NCBI GenBank assembly: GCA_963795085.1
Contig: CAWCFX010000003.1
Location: forward strand, 160,001 to 224,000
Direction: 5' to 3'
From: an uncultured Gemmatimonadales bacterium
Lineage (GTDB): Bacteria; Gemmatimonadota; Gemmatimonadetes; Gemmatimonadales; GWC2-71-9
DNA: 64,000 nt
Each line of letters opens with the position of its first letter. Positions within the stretch are counted from its first letter, which is position 1. Positions 48,287-57,773 of this stretch are shown here, one piece after another. The notes beneath the pieces are model-generated. The model saw nothing but the letters and a program-made list of their open reading frames with translations. It was not told the origin of the DNA and ran no database searches. The position numbers and the translations under genes are program-made.

Positions 48287-48357
48287 TGGCCCTTCGTCCA
48301 ATGGCAGGACAGCAGACTTTGGATCTGCGAATGGTGGTTCGAATCCACCAGGGCCAA
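48287..48357 (+). tRNA. tRNA-Gln(TTG)
   Basis: Acceptor TGGCCCT/AGGGCCA, anticodon arm GCAGA-CTTTGGA-TCTGC, GGTTCGAATCC; usual position after ispE. Confidence 0.96.
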
Positions 48358-48492
48358 TGGAATGAATTGCGACAGGAGCTTCTGCGTTGCCCAGCCGGGG
48401 CCGGCCCGCGCTCCGCCCGGTCCGTCCCCGGAAAAACGTCGGAACCCTTTGACCAATCCGCAATGATCGATCGTCAATTCGTGCTCCCCATC

Positions 48493-48520
48493 TTGACGCC
48501 GCGCCGGGAAACTGTAAGGT
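48493..48520 (+). promoter_or_regulatory. putative sigma70 promoter of the TonB-dependent receptor
   Basis: TTGACG-16-TAAGGT about 70 nt upstream of GTG. Confidence 0.5.
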
Positions 48521-48588
48521 ATGGCGTCGCTCTGATCCTTCCCGTACCCAGCAGCAGGTCGTCCGCCCTCCAGCCCAGGAGCAGGATC

Positions 48589-51500
48589 GTGGCCACCCGT
48601 TCCCCGTCCGTCGCCGTTCGCCTGATACTCACCATTGCCGCCCTGGCCATCCTGGCCCTCCCCCAAACCCTCTCGGCGCAGGGCGTCACCACCTCGGCCA
48701 TGAGCGGGTTCGTGTTCGACCAGGACGGCAACCCGGTGGCCGACGCCAACGTCACCGCCACCCATCTCCCCACCGGAACCTCCTACCGGGCTGCCGTCCG
48801 CGCCGGGGGTGCCTACAACCTGCCCAACATGCGGGTGGGCGGTCCCTACCGGGTGGTGGCGTCATTTGTGGGGTTTCAACCGAAGACCGAGAGCGACGTA
48901 TTCCTGAACCTGGGGCAGAACCGGCGGCTCGATTTCCGGCTGGAGCGCCAGGTGGTCGAGCTGCAGGAACTGACCGTGGCAGGCCAGCGTGACCAGGTGC
49001 TCAACGCCGATCGGACCGGGGCCGCCACGTTCATCACACCCGAGCAGGTCGAGGCGCTCCCGTCCATCAAGCGGAGCACCCGGGATCTTACCAGGCTGGA
49101 CCCCCGGAGCGACGGAAATTTCAGCTTTGGCGGCCGCAACTGGCTCTATAACAACGTCTCCCTGGACGGGTCCTACTTCAACAACTCGTTCGGTCTCGAC
49201 GACCCGGCTCCCGGCGGCCAGGCCAACGCGGAGCCGGTGCCCTACGATGCCGTGGAACAGGTGCAAGTCTCCATCGCGCCGTTTGACATCCGGCAGGGCG
49301 GCTTCACCGGCGCCAACGTGAACACCGTGACCCGGAGCGGCTCCAATGCTTTCCGGATGTCGGTGTATGGCTTCGGGCGGAATGAGAAGCTGCTGGGCAA
49401 CAAGGTGAGCGGGCAGGAAGTGGTCGCCAATCCGGACCTCGGCTTCGTGCAGGCCGGTGCCAGTTTCAGCGGCGCCCTGATCCAGGACAAGCTGTTCTTC
49501 TACGTCAACGGCGAGATCGAACGCACCGACGACCCGGGCACCAACTTCGCGGCCTCGACGGGCAGCGCGGGCTTCGGCATCAGCCGGGTCCAGCGGGTCA
49601 TCATGGACTCTATCCGCAACCGGATGATCCAGGAATACAACTACGACCCGGGCGAGTACGAGGGGTATATCAACGAGACCGACAACAACAAGCTGCTGGT
49701 CAAGCTGGACTGGAACGTCAACGCGAACAACAACGCCACCCTCCGGTGGAACTACCTGGACGCCAGGCGGGAACAGGGCCCCCATCCGTTCGTGCTGAGC
49801 TTCAATAACACCGGGCGGGGTCCCAACGAAAGCAGCCTGCCGTTCCAGAAGTCGGGGTACACGATCAACAACAACCTCCATTCCTTCGCCTTCGAGTTGA
49901 ACAGCCGGGGGTCCCGGTTCGCCAACCGGTTCTTTGCCAGTTATAACCGGTTCCGCGACTTCCGGGAGCCCTTCAGCGAGGATTTCCCCACCGTCCAGAT
50001 CGGCGAAGGCGGCCTCACCTACACCACCCTGGGCTCGGAGCCGTTCTCAATTCACAACATCCTGGATCAGAACGTCCTCCAGCTGACCAATAACGTGAGC
50101 CTATACCGGGGCAACCACGCCTTCACGGTCGGCGCCAACTTCGAGAAGTTCTCCTTCTTCAATTCCTTCAACATCTTCCGGCACGGGGTGTTCTTCCTGC
50201 CGGCCGGCCTGTTCCCGGGGACCTCGACCTTTGCCACGCTGGACGATTTCTTCAACGCCACCGACCCGAGCAATCCCAACCAGATTGACTTTCGCAGCTT
50301 CATCGGGTCCGGCCTCTACAAGGGCGAAGACATCAGCGTCGGACAAGTCGGCTTCTATGCCCAGGACGAAATCGCTCTGACCCCGCGGTTCAACCTGACC
50401 GCCGGCGTCCGGGTGGATTTCCCCAAGTATTTCACCGAGCCGGTGGCCAACCCCTTCTCCACCGGCCTGGTGGCGCTGGATGAGAACCGGAACCCGGAAA
50501 CCGTGGACCAGGCCCGGCTGCCCGGCTCCGACCCGCTCTGGTCGCCCCGGCTGGGCTTCAACTGGAACGCGGTCGGCGAGCGCCGCACCCAGCTCCGCGG
50601 CGGCACCGGCATCTTCACCGGCCGGGTCCCCTTCGTCTGGGTTGGCAACGTGATCTCCAACCCCGGCGCCAATCCGAACCTGTTCCCCGCCGCAGCGCCG
50701 ATCCTGACCCAGGACAGCTCCACTCTCGCCCAGTCCTTCGACCTGAACGCCATGGACCCCGACTTCAAGTGGCCCCAGGTCTGGACCACGAACGTGGCGG
50801 TGGACCAGCAACTGCCCTGGAACATGCTGGGGACCCTCGAGTTCATCTACAGCAAGGACATCAACGCGGTCTTCATGCGGAACGCCGACCTGGTGGCACC
50901 GGTTGGGACCATCCCCGGGCCGGATGGACGTCCCTTCTACGGCGGCGCCGGCAACAACGAGCTCAATCCGGACGGCGGCGCCGGCATCTATGTCATCGAC
51001 AACAAGGACGAGGGCTACTCCGCCAACCTGACCGGCCAGTTGCGGAAACAGTTCGGCGCCAACCTGGACGTCATGCTGGCCTACTCTTACACCCAGGCCA
51101 GGAACAACCTCAAGTCCACCGAAATCGCCAGCGTCCTGTGGCAGAATCAGCCGGTTCAGGGCGATCCCAACAACCCGGAGCTGAGCTATTCCGAGTTCGG
51201 GCAGCGCCACCGCATTGTGGGCGGCGCCACCTGGGCGAAGAACTGGTCGGAGCACACCCGGACCTCGATCGGCATGTTCCTGGAAATCGGGGAGGGCAAC
51301 CGGTTCGCCGGCGCCGGCGGCAACCGCTACTCCTTCATCTATAGCGGCGACGTCAACGGCGATGGGGCCGGCGGCAATGACCTGATCTACATCCCGGCCA
51401 ACCAGGGCGAGATCCTGTTCGATCCCTACTCGCCGCCGGGCGGCGGCTCGGTGACGCCCCAGGAGCAGTGGGACCAGCTCGACGCCTTCATCGGCCAGGA

Positions 51501-51855
51501 CAAGTACCTGAGTTCGCATCGGGGCCAGATCGCGGAGCGGTTCGGAGCCGTCAACCCATGGTACCAGAACGTGGATGTCCGGATCCTCCAGGACTTCGGG
51601 TTCCGCACCGGCGCCCGCAGCCAGCGCTTTCAGCTGAGTCTGGACGTCCAGAACTTCCTGAACCTGGTCAACTCCGGCTGGGGCGTGCGGAAAGTCGCCA
51701 GCGCCCAGGCCACCAGCCCCCTCACCCTCGTCCGGTTCGATGTCAACGGCGCCCCCGTGTTCAACTATACCGGGCCGGAACAGACCTACATTGACGACCC
51801 CAGCCTCTTCTCCCGCTGGCGGGCGCAACTGGGGCTCCGGTGGTTCTTTGAGTAA
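48589..51855 (+). CDS. TonB-dependent receptor, Oar-like, with carboxypeptidase-regulatory-like N-domain
   Basis: AGGAG before GTG; signal peptide ending LSA-Q; PFDIRQGGFTGA.VN.VTRSGSN plug; SPRLGFNW; terminal QLGLRWFFE. Confidence 0.93.
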   Translation: MATRSPSVAVRLILTIAALAILALPQTLSAQGVTTSAMSGFVFDQDGNPVADANVTATHLPTGTSYRAAVRAGGAYNLPNMRVGGPYRVVASFVGFQPKTESDVFLNLGQNRRLDFRLERQVVELQELTVAGQRDQVLNADRTGAATFITPEQVEALPSIKRSTRDLTRLDPRSDGNFSFGGRNWLYNNVSLDGSYFNNSFGLDDPAPGGQANAEPVPYDAVEQVQVSIAPFDIRQGGFTGANVNTVTRSGSNAFRMSVYGFGRNEKLLGNKVSGQEVVANPDLGFVQAGASFSGALIQDKLFFYVNGEIERTDDPGTNFAASTGSAGFGISRVQRVIMDSIRNRMIQEYNYDPGEYEGYINETDNNKLLVKLDWNVNANNNATLRWNYLDARREQGPHPFVLSFNNTGRGPNESSLPFQKSGYTINNNLHSFAFELNSRGSRFANRFFASYNRFRDFREPFSEDFPTVQIGEGGLTYTTLGSEPFSIHNILDQNVLQLTNNVSLYRGNHAFTVGANFEKFSFFNSFNIFRHGVFFLPAGLFPGTSTFATLDDFFNATDPSNPNQIDFRSFIGSGLYKGEDISVGQVGFYAQDEIALTPRFNLTAGVRVDFPKYFTEPVANPFSTGLVALDENRNPETVDQARLPGSDPLWSPRLGFNWNAVGERRTQLRGGTGIFTGRVPFVWVGNVISNPGANPNLFPAAAPILTQDSSTLAQSFDLNAMDPDFKWPQVWTTNVAVDQQLPWNMLGTLEFIYSKDINAVFMRNADLVAPVGTIPGPDGRPFYGGAGNNELNPDGGAGIYVIDNKDEGYSANLTGQLRKQFGANLDVMLAYSYTQARNNLKSTEIASVLWQNQPVQGDPNNPELSYSEFGQRHRIVGGATWAKNWSEHTRTSIGMFLEIGEGNRFAGAGGNRYSFIYSGDVNGDGAGGNDLIYIPANQGEILFDPYSPPGGGSVTPQEQWDQLDAFIGQDKYLSSHRGQIAERFGAVNPWYQNVDVRILQDFGFRTGARSQRFQLSLDVQNFLNLVNSGWGVRKVASAQATSPLTLVRFDVNGAPVFNYTGPEQTYIDDPSLFSRWRAQLGLRWFFE

Positions 51856-51899
51856 GGGGGTCAGGGCATAGGGCCCAGCGGGCCAACGACGCTACAATT

Positions 51900-51940
51900 G
51901 ACCAAGGGTCCGGGAGAATCCCGGGCCCTTGGTCTGTTTC
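51900..51940 (+). terminator. 16-bp hairpin, probable intrinsic terminator
   Basis: gaccaagggtccggga-gaa-tcccgggcccttggtc (one G:U pair) followed by tgtttc. Confidence 0.7.
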
Positions 51941-52007
51941 ATATCCATCCGAGGCCAACTGCCTCCTCATCCTCTATCACCACTTGCCCCACGGCCCCCT
52001 GCCACCC

Positions 52008-52113
52008 TTACGCCCTGCCCATTACCGTATGCCCCCTGCTTCTGGCACGCTTACCTTCTGGCCCCTTCTCCTCTGGCCCCCTTTACCTCTGGCCCCCTTA
52101 CCCACTGGCCTCC
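52008..52113. repeat. degenerate 15-16 bp tandem repeat (consensus TTACCTCTGGCCCC)
   Basis: ttaccttctggcccc ttctcctctggccccc tttacctctggccccc ttacccactggcctcc plus about 3 more divergent copies upstream. Confidence 0.8.
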
Positions 52114-52123
52114 TTTTCATCCG

Positions 52124-52153
52124 TTGACTCGTGCCCACTACCTAAGCTATTTT
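52124..52153 (+). promoter_or_regulatory. putative prs promoter
   Basis: TTGACT-18-TATTTT, 13 nt before ATG; no SD. Confidence 0.5.
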
Positions 52154-52166
52154 CCCCGGCTGACTT

Positions 52167-53120
52167 ATGGCCGATATCTCACTGTCACGCAGCCAGATGC
52201 TCCTGCTCAGCGGGACGGCCAATCGAGCATTGGCCGAAGAACTCGCACAGCATGTGGGGCAGCCGCTCTGCCGGGTCACGATCAAGCGGTTCGCCGACGG
52301 CGAGCTGTTCGTAAAAATCGACGAGAACGTGCGGGGGCGGGACGTCTATATCGTCCAGTCCACCAACCCGCCGGCGGAAAATCTCATGGAGCTGCTGCTC
52401 CTGATCGATGCCGCCAAGCGGGCCAGCGCGGCGCGGGTGACGGCGGTGTTGCCTTATTTCGGGTATGCCCGGCAGGATCGCAAGGACCAGCCCCGGGTCG
52501 CCATCAGCGCCAAGCTGATCGCCAACATGATCTCGGTGGCCGGCGCGGACCGGGTCCTGGGCCTGGATTTCCACCAGCACCAGATGCAGGGATTTTTTGA
52601 TATCCCGGTGGACCACCTGTACGCGGCCCCGGTAATGGTCAACCACTTCCGTCAGATCTCGCTTCACGATCCGGTCGTGGTGGCGCCGGATGTCGGATCG
52701 GCCAAGATGGCCCGGGGTTTCGCCAAGCGGCTGAATGCCTCGCTGGCCATCATCGACAAGCGGCGGCCCTCGGCCAACATCGCCGAGGTGGTCAACGTGG
52801 TCGGCGAGGTTGAAGGGAAGGACTGTGTCATTCCGGACGACATGATCGACACCGGGGGCACCATGACCGAAGCCGTGCACGCCCTGAAACGGCTGGGCGC
52901 CCGGGACGTGTACTGCTGCGCCACCCATGCCCTGCTCTCCGGCCCCGCCGTCGAGCGGTTCGTGAACAGCCCGGTCAAGGAAGTCGTGGTCACCAACACG
53001 ATCGCACTGCCGCCGGAGCGAAAGTTCGACCGGCTCAAGATTCTCTCGGTTGGAGGGCTGCTCTCCAAGGCGATCGGGTACACCCACAGCGACCAGTCGG
53101 TCAGTTCGCTGTTCGAATAG
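52167..53120 (+). CDS. prs: ribose-phosphate pyrophosphokinase
   Basis: FADGE, PYFGYARQDRK, QGFFD, KRR, DDMIDTGGT. Confidence 0.98.
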   Translation: MADISLSRSQMLLLSGTANRALAEELAQHVGQPLCRVTIKRFADGELFVKIDENVRGRDVYIVQSTNPPAENLMELLLLIDAAKRASAARVTAVLPYFGYARQDRKDQPRVAISAKLIANMISVAGADRVLGLDFHQHQMQGFFDIPVDHLYAAPVMVNHFRQISLHDPVVVAPDVGSAKMARGFAKRLNASLAIIDKRRPSANIAEVVNVVGEVEGKDCVIPDDMIDTGGTMTEAVHALKRLGARDVYCCATHALLSGPAVERFVNSPVKEVVVTNTIALPPERKFDRLKILSVGGLLSKAIGYTHSDQSVSSLFE

Positions 53121-53173
53121 TGCATCACTCAGTACTCAGTACTGAGACAGAACTTCAATCTCAGGAAGCGGTT

Positions 53174-53842
53174 ATGGCAAACCAGGTGAGTTTGGAAGCG
53201 ACGAGCCGGTCCGAGTCCGGCAAGGGCGTAGCACGTAAACTTCGCAGCGCGGGCAAGATTCCCGCCGTTATCTACGGCCACGGTCGGGATCCGGAAGCCC
53301 TGGTGGTCGAGACCAGCGCCTTCTCCAAGGCCCTCGCCTCGGTGAGCGGGGCGACCATCATTGACGTAACGGTGGACGGCCGGGCGCCGGTAAAGGCGCT
53401 GATCCGGGACATCCAGCGGAACCCCATTCGCCCCGGCGACGTGCTCCACGTCGACCTCTACGAGGTCAAGGCGGATGAGAAAATCACAGTGGAGGTACCG
53501 GTGCACCTTGTCGGCACTCCCGACGGCGTCCGGAACTCCGGCGGCGTGCTGGACCAGTCCCTCCGCGAGCTCGAAATCGAGGTCTATCCGGCCGACATCC
53601 CGGCCCACATCGACATCGACGTCTCCGCCCTCATCATCGGCCATTCCATCTATGTCCGCGACGTCAAGGTCGACAAGGTCAAGATCCTCAATGACCCCGA
53701 CATCCCGGTCTGCACGGTGGTAGCCCCGCGGGCCGAGGAAGCGGCGACGCCAGTGGTAGGCGAGACCGCAGCGGCATCGACCGAACCGGAGCTGATCCGC
53801 AAGGCGAAGCCGGAGGACGAGGACGCCGAAGAAGAGAAGTAA
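53174..53842 (+). CDS. rplY: 50S ribosomal protein L25/Ctc
   Basis: GKG.ARKLR..GKIPAVIYG, HVDL, acidic tail. Confidence 0.96.
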   Translation: MANQVSLEATSRSESGKGVARKLRSAGKIPAVIYGHGRDPEALVVETSAFSKALASVSGATIIDVTVDGRAPVKALIRDIQRNPIRPGDVLHVDLYEVKADEKITVEVPVHLVGTPDGVRNSGGVLDQSLRELEIEVYPADIPAHIDIDVSALIIGHSIYVRDVKVDKVKILNDPDIPVCTVVAPRAEEAATPVVGETAAASTEPELIRKAKPEDEDAEEEK

Positions 53843-53845
53843 CCC

Positions 53846-54418
53846 CTGCGCGCCATCATGGGCCTGGGCAACCCGGGCCCGGAATACGAGGGGACTCGGC
53901 ACAACGCCGGATTCGACCTCGCCGATCACCTGGCGGCGCGCTGGGGCATGCTCCCGTTCAAGCGGGGCGACGCAGCCCGGGAGACCCGGGGCCGGGTGGG
54001 TCACGAAGTGGTCCGCCTGCTCAAGCCGGATACCTACATGAACCGAAGCGGGGCCGCGCTGGCCCCGCTTCGGTCGCTTCCGGACTTCGATGCCGCCCGC
54101 GATCTCCTCGTCCTGGTAGACGAGGTGGCCATCCCCGTGGGAACCTTCCGGCTGCGAGGCGCCGGTTCCCCCGGCGGGCACAACGGCCTCAAGAGCATCG
54201 AGGGCGCCCTGCGGCAGCAGGACTACGCCCGGCTCCGGATCGGGGTGGGACCCTTTCCCCCCGGCTGGGACGATCTCGCCGATTTCGTCCTGGGACGCTT
54301 GACCCGCGAGGAACGCGACCTTATCGCGGGCCTCCTCGATCCCATGGCTGAAGCGGTCGAGTGCTGGATCGAATCCGGCATCGAGAAGGCGATGAACGTC
54401 CACAACAGAAAAGAGTGA
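53846..54418 (+). CDS. pth: peptidyl-tRNA hydrolase (probable CTG start; first ATG at 53858)
   Basis: GLGNPG.EY..TRHNAGF, KP.TYMN.SG, GGHNGLKSI, RLRIGVG. Confidence 0.96.
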   Translation: MRAIMGLGNPGPEYEGTRHNAGFDLADHLAARWGMLPFKRGDAARETRGRVGHEVVRLLKPDTYMNRSGAALAPLRSLPDFDAARDLLVLVDEVAIPVGTFRLRGAGSPGGHNGLKSIEGALRQQDYARLRIGVGPFPPGWDDLADFVLGRLTREERDLIAGLLDPMAEAVECWIESGIEKAMNVHNRKE

Positions 54419-54427
54419 CAGGGTTCG

Positions 54428-55525
54428 ATGCTCAGGCTCGGTATTGTCGGTCTCCCCAATGTCGGAAAATCCACCCTCTTCAACGCCCTTACCTCCGCCG
54501 GGGCCCTGGTGGCGAACTATCCGTTCGCGACGATCGAGCCCAATACCGGCGTGGTCCAGGTACCCGATCCGCGGCTGGACCGGTTGGCGGACATCGTGAA
54601 GCCGGAGCGCACCGTGCCGGCCACCGTCGAGTTCCTGGACATTGCCGGCCTCGTCAAAGGCGCCAGCCAGGGTGAAGGCCTCGGCAACCAGTTCCTCGCC
54701 AACATTCGCGAGGTGGATGCCATCGTGAACGTAGTTCGCTGCTTCGAGGACCCCGACATCCAGCACGTGATGGGCAGCGTGGATCCGGTCCGGGATCGCG
54801 AGATCATCAACATCGAGCTGGGTCTCTCCGACCTCGCCAGCGTCGAAAAGCGGCTCGACAAAAGCGCCCGGGCCGCCAAGTCGGGCGATGCCCAGGCCAG
54901 GATCGAAGCGCGGCTGCTGGAACAGCTCCAGCGCGTCCTGGCCGACGGCAAGCCGGCCCGGGCCGTAGTTCCGACCGACGAAGAGACGCCGACCTACCGA
55001 TCCTTCAACCTGCTGACCTCCAAGCCCGAACTGTACGCCGCCAACGTCGCCGAAGACCAGGTCGTCACCGGGAACCAGTACGTGGAGGCGCTGCAGGCCT
55101 CCATCGACCGGGATCACGAACCTGCTGAGGTCGTCACCTTCTCCGCCAAGGTGGAGATGGAACTGGCCGAGCTGGCCCCCGGTGACCGGGGAGACTTCCT
55201 CGCCTCGCTGGGGCTCCAGGAGTCCGGGCTCGACCGGCTGGCCCACGCGGCCTATCACCTGATGGGACTCCAGAGCTACTTCACCGCCGGCGAGAAGGAG
55301 GTCCGGGCCTGGACCATCCGGAAGGGCGACAAGGCGCCCGCGGCGGCCGGGGTAATCCACAGCGATTTCGAGAAAGGCTTCATTCGGGCCGAGACCGTCG
55401 CATACGATGACTTCGTGCGGGTCGGCGGCTGGAAGCCGGCCAGGGAACAGGGCCTGGCCCGGGCGGAAGGAAAGGAATACGTGGTGCAGGACGGCGACGT
55501 ACTGCTGTTCCGGTTCAACCCCTAG
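54428..55525 (+). CDS. ychF: redox-regulated ATPase YchF
   Basis: [38 protein letters not shown] domain [11 protein letters not shown]. Confidence 0.98.
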   Translation: MLRLGIVGLPNVGKSTLFNALTSAGALVANYPFATIEPNTGVVQVPDPRLDRLADIVKPERTVPATVEFLDIAGLVKGASQGEGLGNQFLANIREVDAIVNVVRCFEDPDIQHVMGSVDPVRDREIINIELGLSDLASVEKRLDKSARAAKSGDAQARIEARLLEQLQRVLADGKPARAVVPTDEETPTYRSFNLLTSKPELYAANVAEDQVVTGNQYVEALQASIDRDHEPAEVVTFSAKVEMELAELAPGDRGDFLASLGLQESGLDRLAHAAYHLMGLQSYFTAGEKEVRAWTIRKGDKAPAAAGVIHSDFEKGFIRAETVAYDDFVRVGGWKPAREQGLARAEGKEYVVQDGDVLLFRFNP

Positions 55526-55590
55526 CCGGCCCGTGGACAGGGGTACCGCCACCCGGTCCCCCCGTTTATCTTGCTGCCGCACAAAAGCTT

Positions 55591-55645
55591 ACTCCTCCTC
55601 GGCACCACACCAGAGCCGGGGCGCCCACGTCCAAAGGAAGGTGTC
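55591..55645 (+). promoter_or_regulatory. candidate S6:S18 ribosomal protein leader
   Basis: Inner stem cctcggc/gccgggg, CCC-containing loop, outer actcct able to pair with the SD aggaaggt; directly upstream of rpsF. Confidence 0.5.
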
Positions 55646-55996
55646 ATGATCCGTCAGTATGAGGTGGTCTATATCTTCGACAGTGCGCTCGAAGAGGCCG
55701 CCGTCACCGAGAAGCTCGCCCGCTTCCACGCCCTCATTCAGCAGCCCGGCGAAGCCGTTCAGCCCGAGTTGAATCACTGGGGCAAGCGCAGCCTGGCCTA
55801 TCCCATCCGGAAACACGAAACCGGCTACTACGTCATCGCCAAGTTCGAGACTTCGGGCGAGAAGCTGCCGGAATTCGAGCGCGCCATCAAGCTGGACGAG
55901 AGCGTGCTGCGCTTCCTGGTCGTCCTCGCCGAAAATGCCCAGCCCGCCCCGGTTGCCGTGGCCAAGGCCGAGACCGATGAGGAGGACGACGAATGA
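55646..55996 (+). CDS. rpsF: 30S ribosomal protein S6
   Basis: [17 protein letters not shown]...GYY, VLRFL. Confidence 0.97.
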   Translation: MIRQYEVVYIFDSALEEAAVTEKLARFHALIQQPGEAVQPELNHWGKRSLAYPIRKHETGYYVIAKFETSGEKLPEFERAIKLDESVLRFLVVLAENAQPAPVAVAKAETDEEDDE

Positions 55997-56214
55997 AACG
56001 GATGCAGAAAGTCTGCCCCATCTGCGAGTTGAGCCTCCGCGTCATCGACTACAAGGATGAGCGGCTCCTCTCCCGGTTTCTCACCGAGCGGGGCAAGATC
56101 CTGCCCCGCCGGCTGTCGGGCTGCTGCGCGCGGCACCAGCGGCAGATGAGCACGGCGATCAAGCGGGCCCGGGAGCTGGCCCTGATCCCGTACATCAAGG
56201 GTCATGTAGGCTGA
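55993..56214 (+). CDS. rpsR: 30S ribosomal protein S18 (Zn-binding type)
   Basis: [30 protein letters not shown]. Confidence 0.97.
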   Translation: MKRMQKVCPICELSLRVIDYKDERLLSRFLTERGKILPRRLSGCCARHQRQMSTAIKRARELALIPYIKGHVG

Positions 56215-57206
56215 ACCACCCGGACCCCGAAGTCCCGGAGCAACCGACTTCTCCCGCGGGGGCGATCTTTGCCCTCGCGGCGCTGTTTCTGATCGCCCCG
56301 TCTCCCCTGATGTTCCTGGTACCGATGGCGGGGTTGCTGCTGGTGACCCGCCCTGCCAATGGCCGGGAATGGCGGTGGCTCGCCGTCACCGGCGGCCTGA
56401 GCCTGGTCTGGCTCGCCGGGACTGGCGGTATCGCGGACCAGGCGGTCAACGCCATGGCGGTGCTCATGACCGGGGCGTTCATCGCCCTGAGCGCCGCGGA
56501 CGGGCGTCCCGCGTTTACCCGGGCGGCCTGGGCGGTCCTGCTCGCCACCGCCGGCATCGTGGTGTGGAGCCTGGTACTGGGCATCCGCTGGACCGACGTC
56601 GAACTGGCCCTGACCCGGCAGTGGTGGGAGTTCAGCCGGACCCTCCGCACCGTGGCGATCTTCGCCGAAGTGTCCGCGGAGCGCCAGGAGTTCATCCAGC
56701 GGATGGCCGATGCCGGCCGCCCCATTGCCCGGCTGTTCCCGGCCCGGCTGGTCATCAGCGGCATGATGGGGCTGACGGTGGCCGCCACCTGGCACCTGCG
56801 AGTCACCGGGCGGCCCCTCGGCCGGGCGGTGGACCGACTCAGCAGCTTCCGGTTCACGGATCACCTCGTATGGCTGGTGATTCTCTGCCTGGCGCTGCTG
56901 CTGCTGCCCCGGGTCCAGCTGATCGAAGACTGGACGCTGCGCTCGCCCATCGCCGATGTGCTGTTCTACGCGGTCGGCTACTGGTCCCCGGTCGCCACCA
57001 ATGTGCTGGTGGTTTGCGGCGCCCTGTACGTAGCGCGAGGAGGCGCGGTGGTAGGGCGCATGCTCCGCCCCGGACCGGCGATCATCCTGGCCGTGATCGC
57101 CACCCTGTTTCTGTTACCTTTCGCGCTGGCCGGTTTGGCCAGCCTGGGGCTGGCGGACACCTGGATCGACTTCCGGCGCAGGCTCGACGCCAGGGCGCGC
57201 GGATAG
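56211..57206 (+). CDS. DUF2232/YybS-like membrane protein (probable CTG start; first ATG at 56310)
   Basis: Polytopic; terminal [13 protein letters not shown]; usual position between rpsR and rplI. Confidence 0.85.
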   Translation: MNHPDPEVPEQPTSPAGAIFALAALFLIAPSPLMFLVPMAGLLLVTRPANGREWRWLAVTGGLSLVWLAGTGGIADQAVNAMAVLMTGAFIALSAADGRPAFTRAAWAVLLATAGIVVWSLVLGIRWTDVELALTRQWWEFSRTLRTVAIFAEVSAERQEFIQRMADAGRPIARLFPARLVISGMMGLTVAATWHLRVTGRPLGRAVDRLSSFRFTDHLVWLVILCLALLLLPRVQLIEDWTLRSPIADVLFYAVGYWSPVATNVLVVCGALYVARGGAVVGRMLRPGPAIILAVIATLFLLPFALAGLASLGLADTWIDFRRRLDARARG

Positions 57207-57254
57207 GAAAATCGAGACCGTGGATCCGTAGGATGCAGTGGGCCGCTGGAACAA

Positions 57255-57298
57255 TCAGTACTTCGCACTCTGTACTTTGCACTCTGCACTCTGCACTC
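57255..57298. repeat. heptamer tandem repeat (TCTGCAC type) x6
   Basis: tcagtac ttcgcac tctgtac tttgcac tctgcac tctgcac. Confidence 0.9.
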
Positions 57299-57314
57299 AA
57301 CCTTGAGGCACACA

Positions 57315-57761
57315 ATGTTGGAAGTCATTCTGCGGGAAGACATCAAGACCCTGGGTAAGGCCGGCGAGATGGTGCGGGTCAAGCCGGGTTACGCCCGGAA
57401 CTACCTGCTTCCCCAGGGGCTGGCCTACGAGGCCACCGAAGGCAATAAGAAGCGCATCGCGGCCGAATCGAAAGCGCGGGGCGTCAAGCAGGAGGCCGAG
57501 AAGACCGCAGCCACCAAGGTCGCCAACTCGCTGGGCGCGCTCACCGTGACCATCACCGGCAAAGCGGGCGAGGGCGACCGGCTGTTCGGGTCGATCACCG
57601 CCAATGATATCGCGGACGCGCTGGCGGCCCAGGGCCACCAGATCGACAAGCGCAAGATCGACCTCGATCACCCCATCAAGAGCCTGGGCGAGCACACCGT
57701 GATGCTGCGGCTGCATCCGGAAGTGCAGGCCGAGATCAAAGTCTCGGTCACGCCCGAGTAA
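57315..57761 (+). CDS. rplI: 50S ribosomal protein L9
   Basis: VIL...LGKAGE.V.VKPGYARNYLLP, LFGSIT, IKSLG. Confidence 0.97.
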   Translation: MLEVILREDIKTLGKAGEMVRVKPGYARNYLLPQGLAYEATEGNKKRIAAESKARGVKQEAEKTAATKVANSLGALTVTITGKAGEGDRLFGSITANDIADALAAQGHQIDKRKIDLDHPIKSLGEHTVMLRLHPEVQAEIKVSVTPE

Positions 57762-57773
57762 ACCCCGGCCGAT

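Noticed and set aside
48449..48477. TTGAC...GTCAA inverted repeat upstream of the TonB-dependent receptor promoter
   Set aside because: Only 5-bp arms and no adjacent regulator; not distinguishable from chance
42241..57298. Short repeat arrays as CRISPR
   Set aside because: Units are 7-16 bp and contiguous, with no spacers and no cas genes
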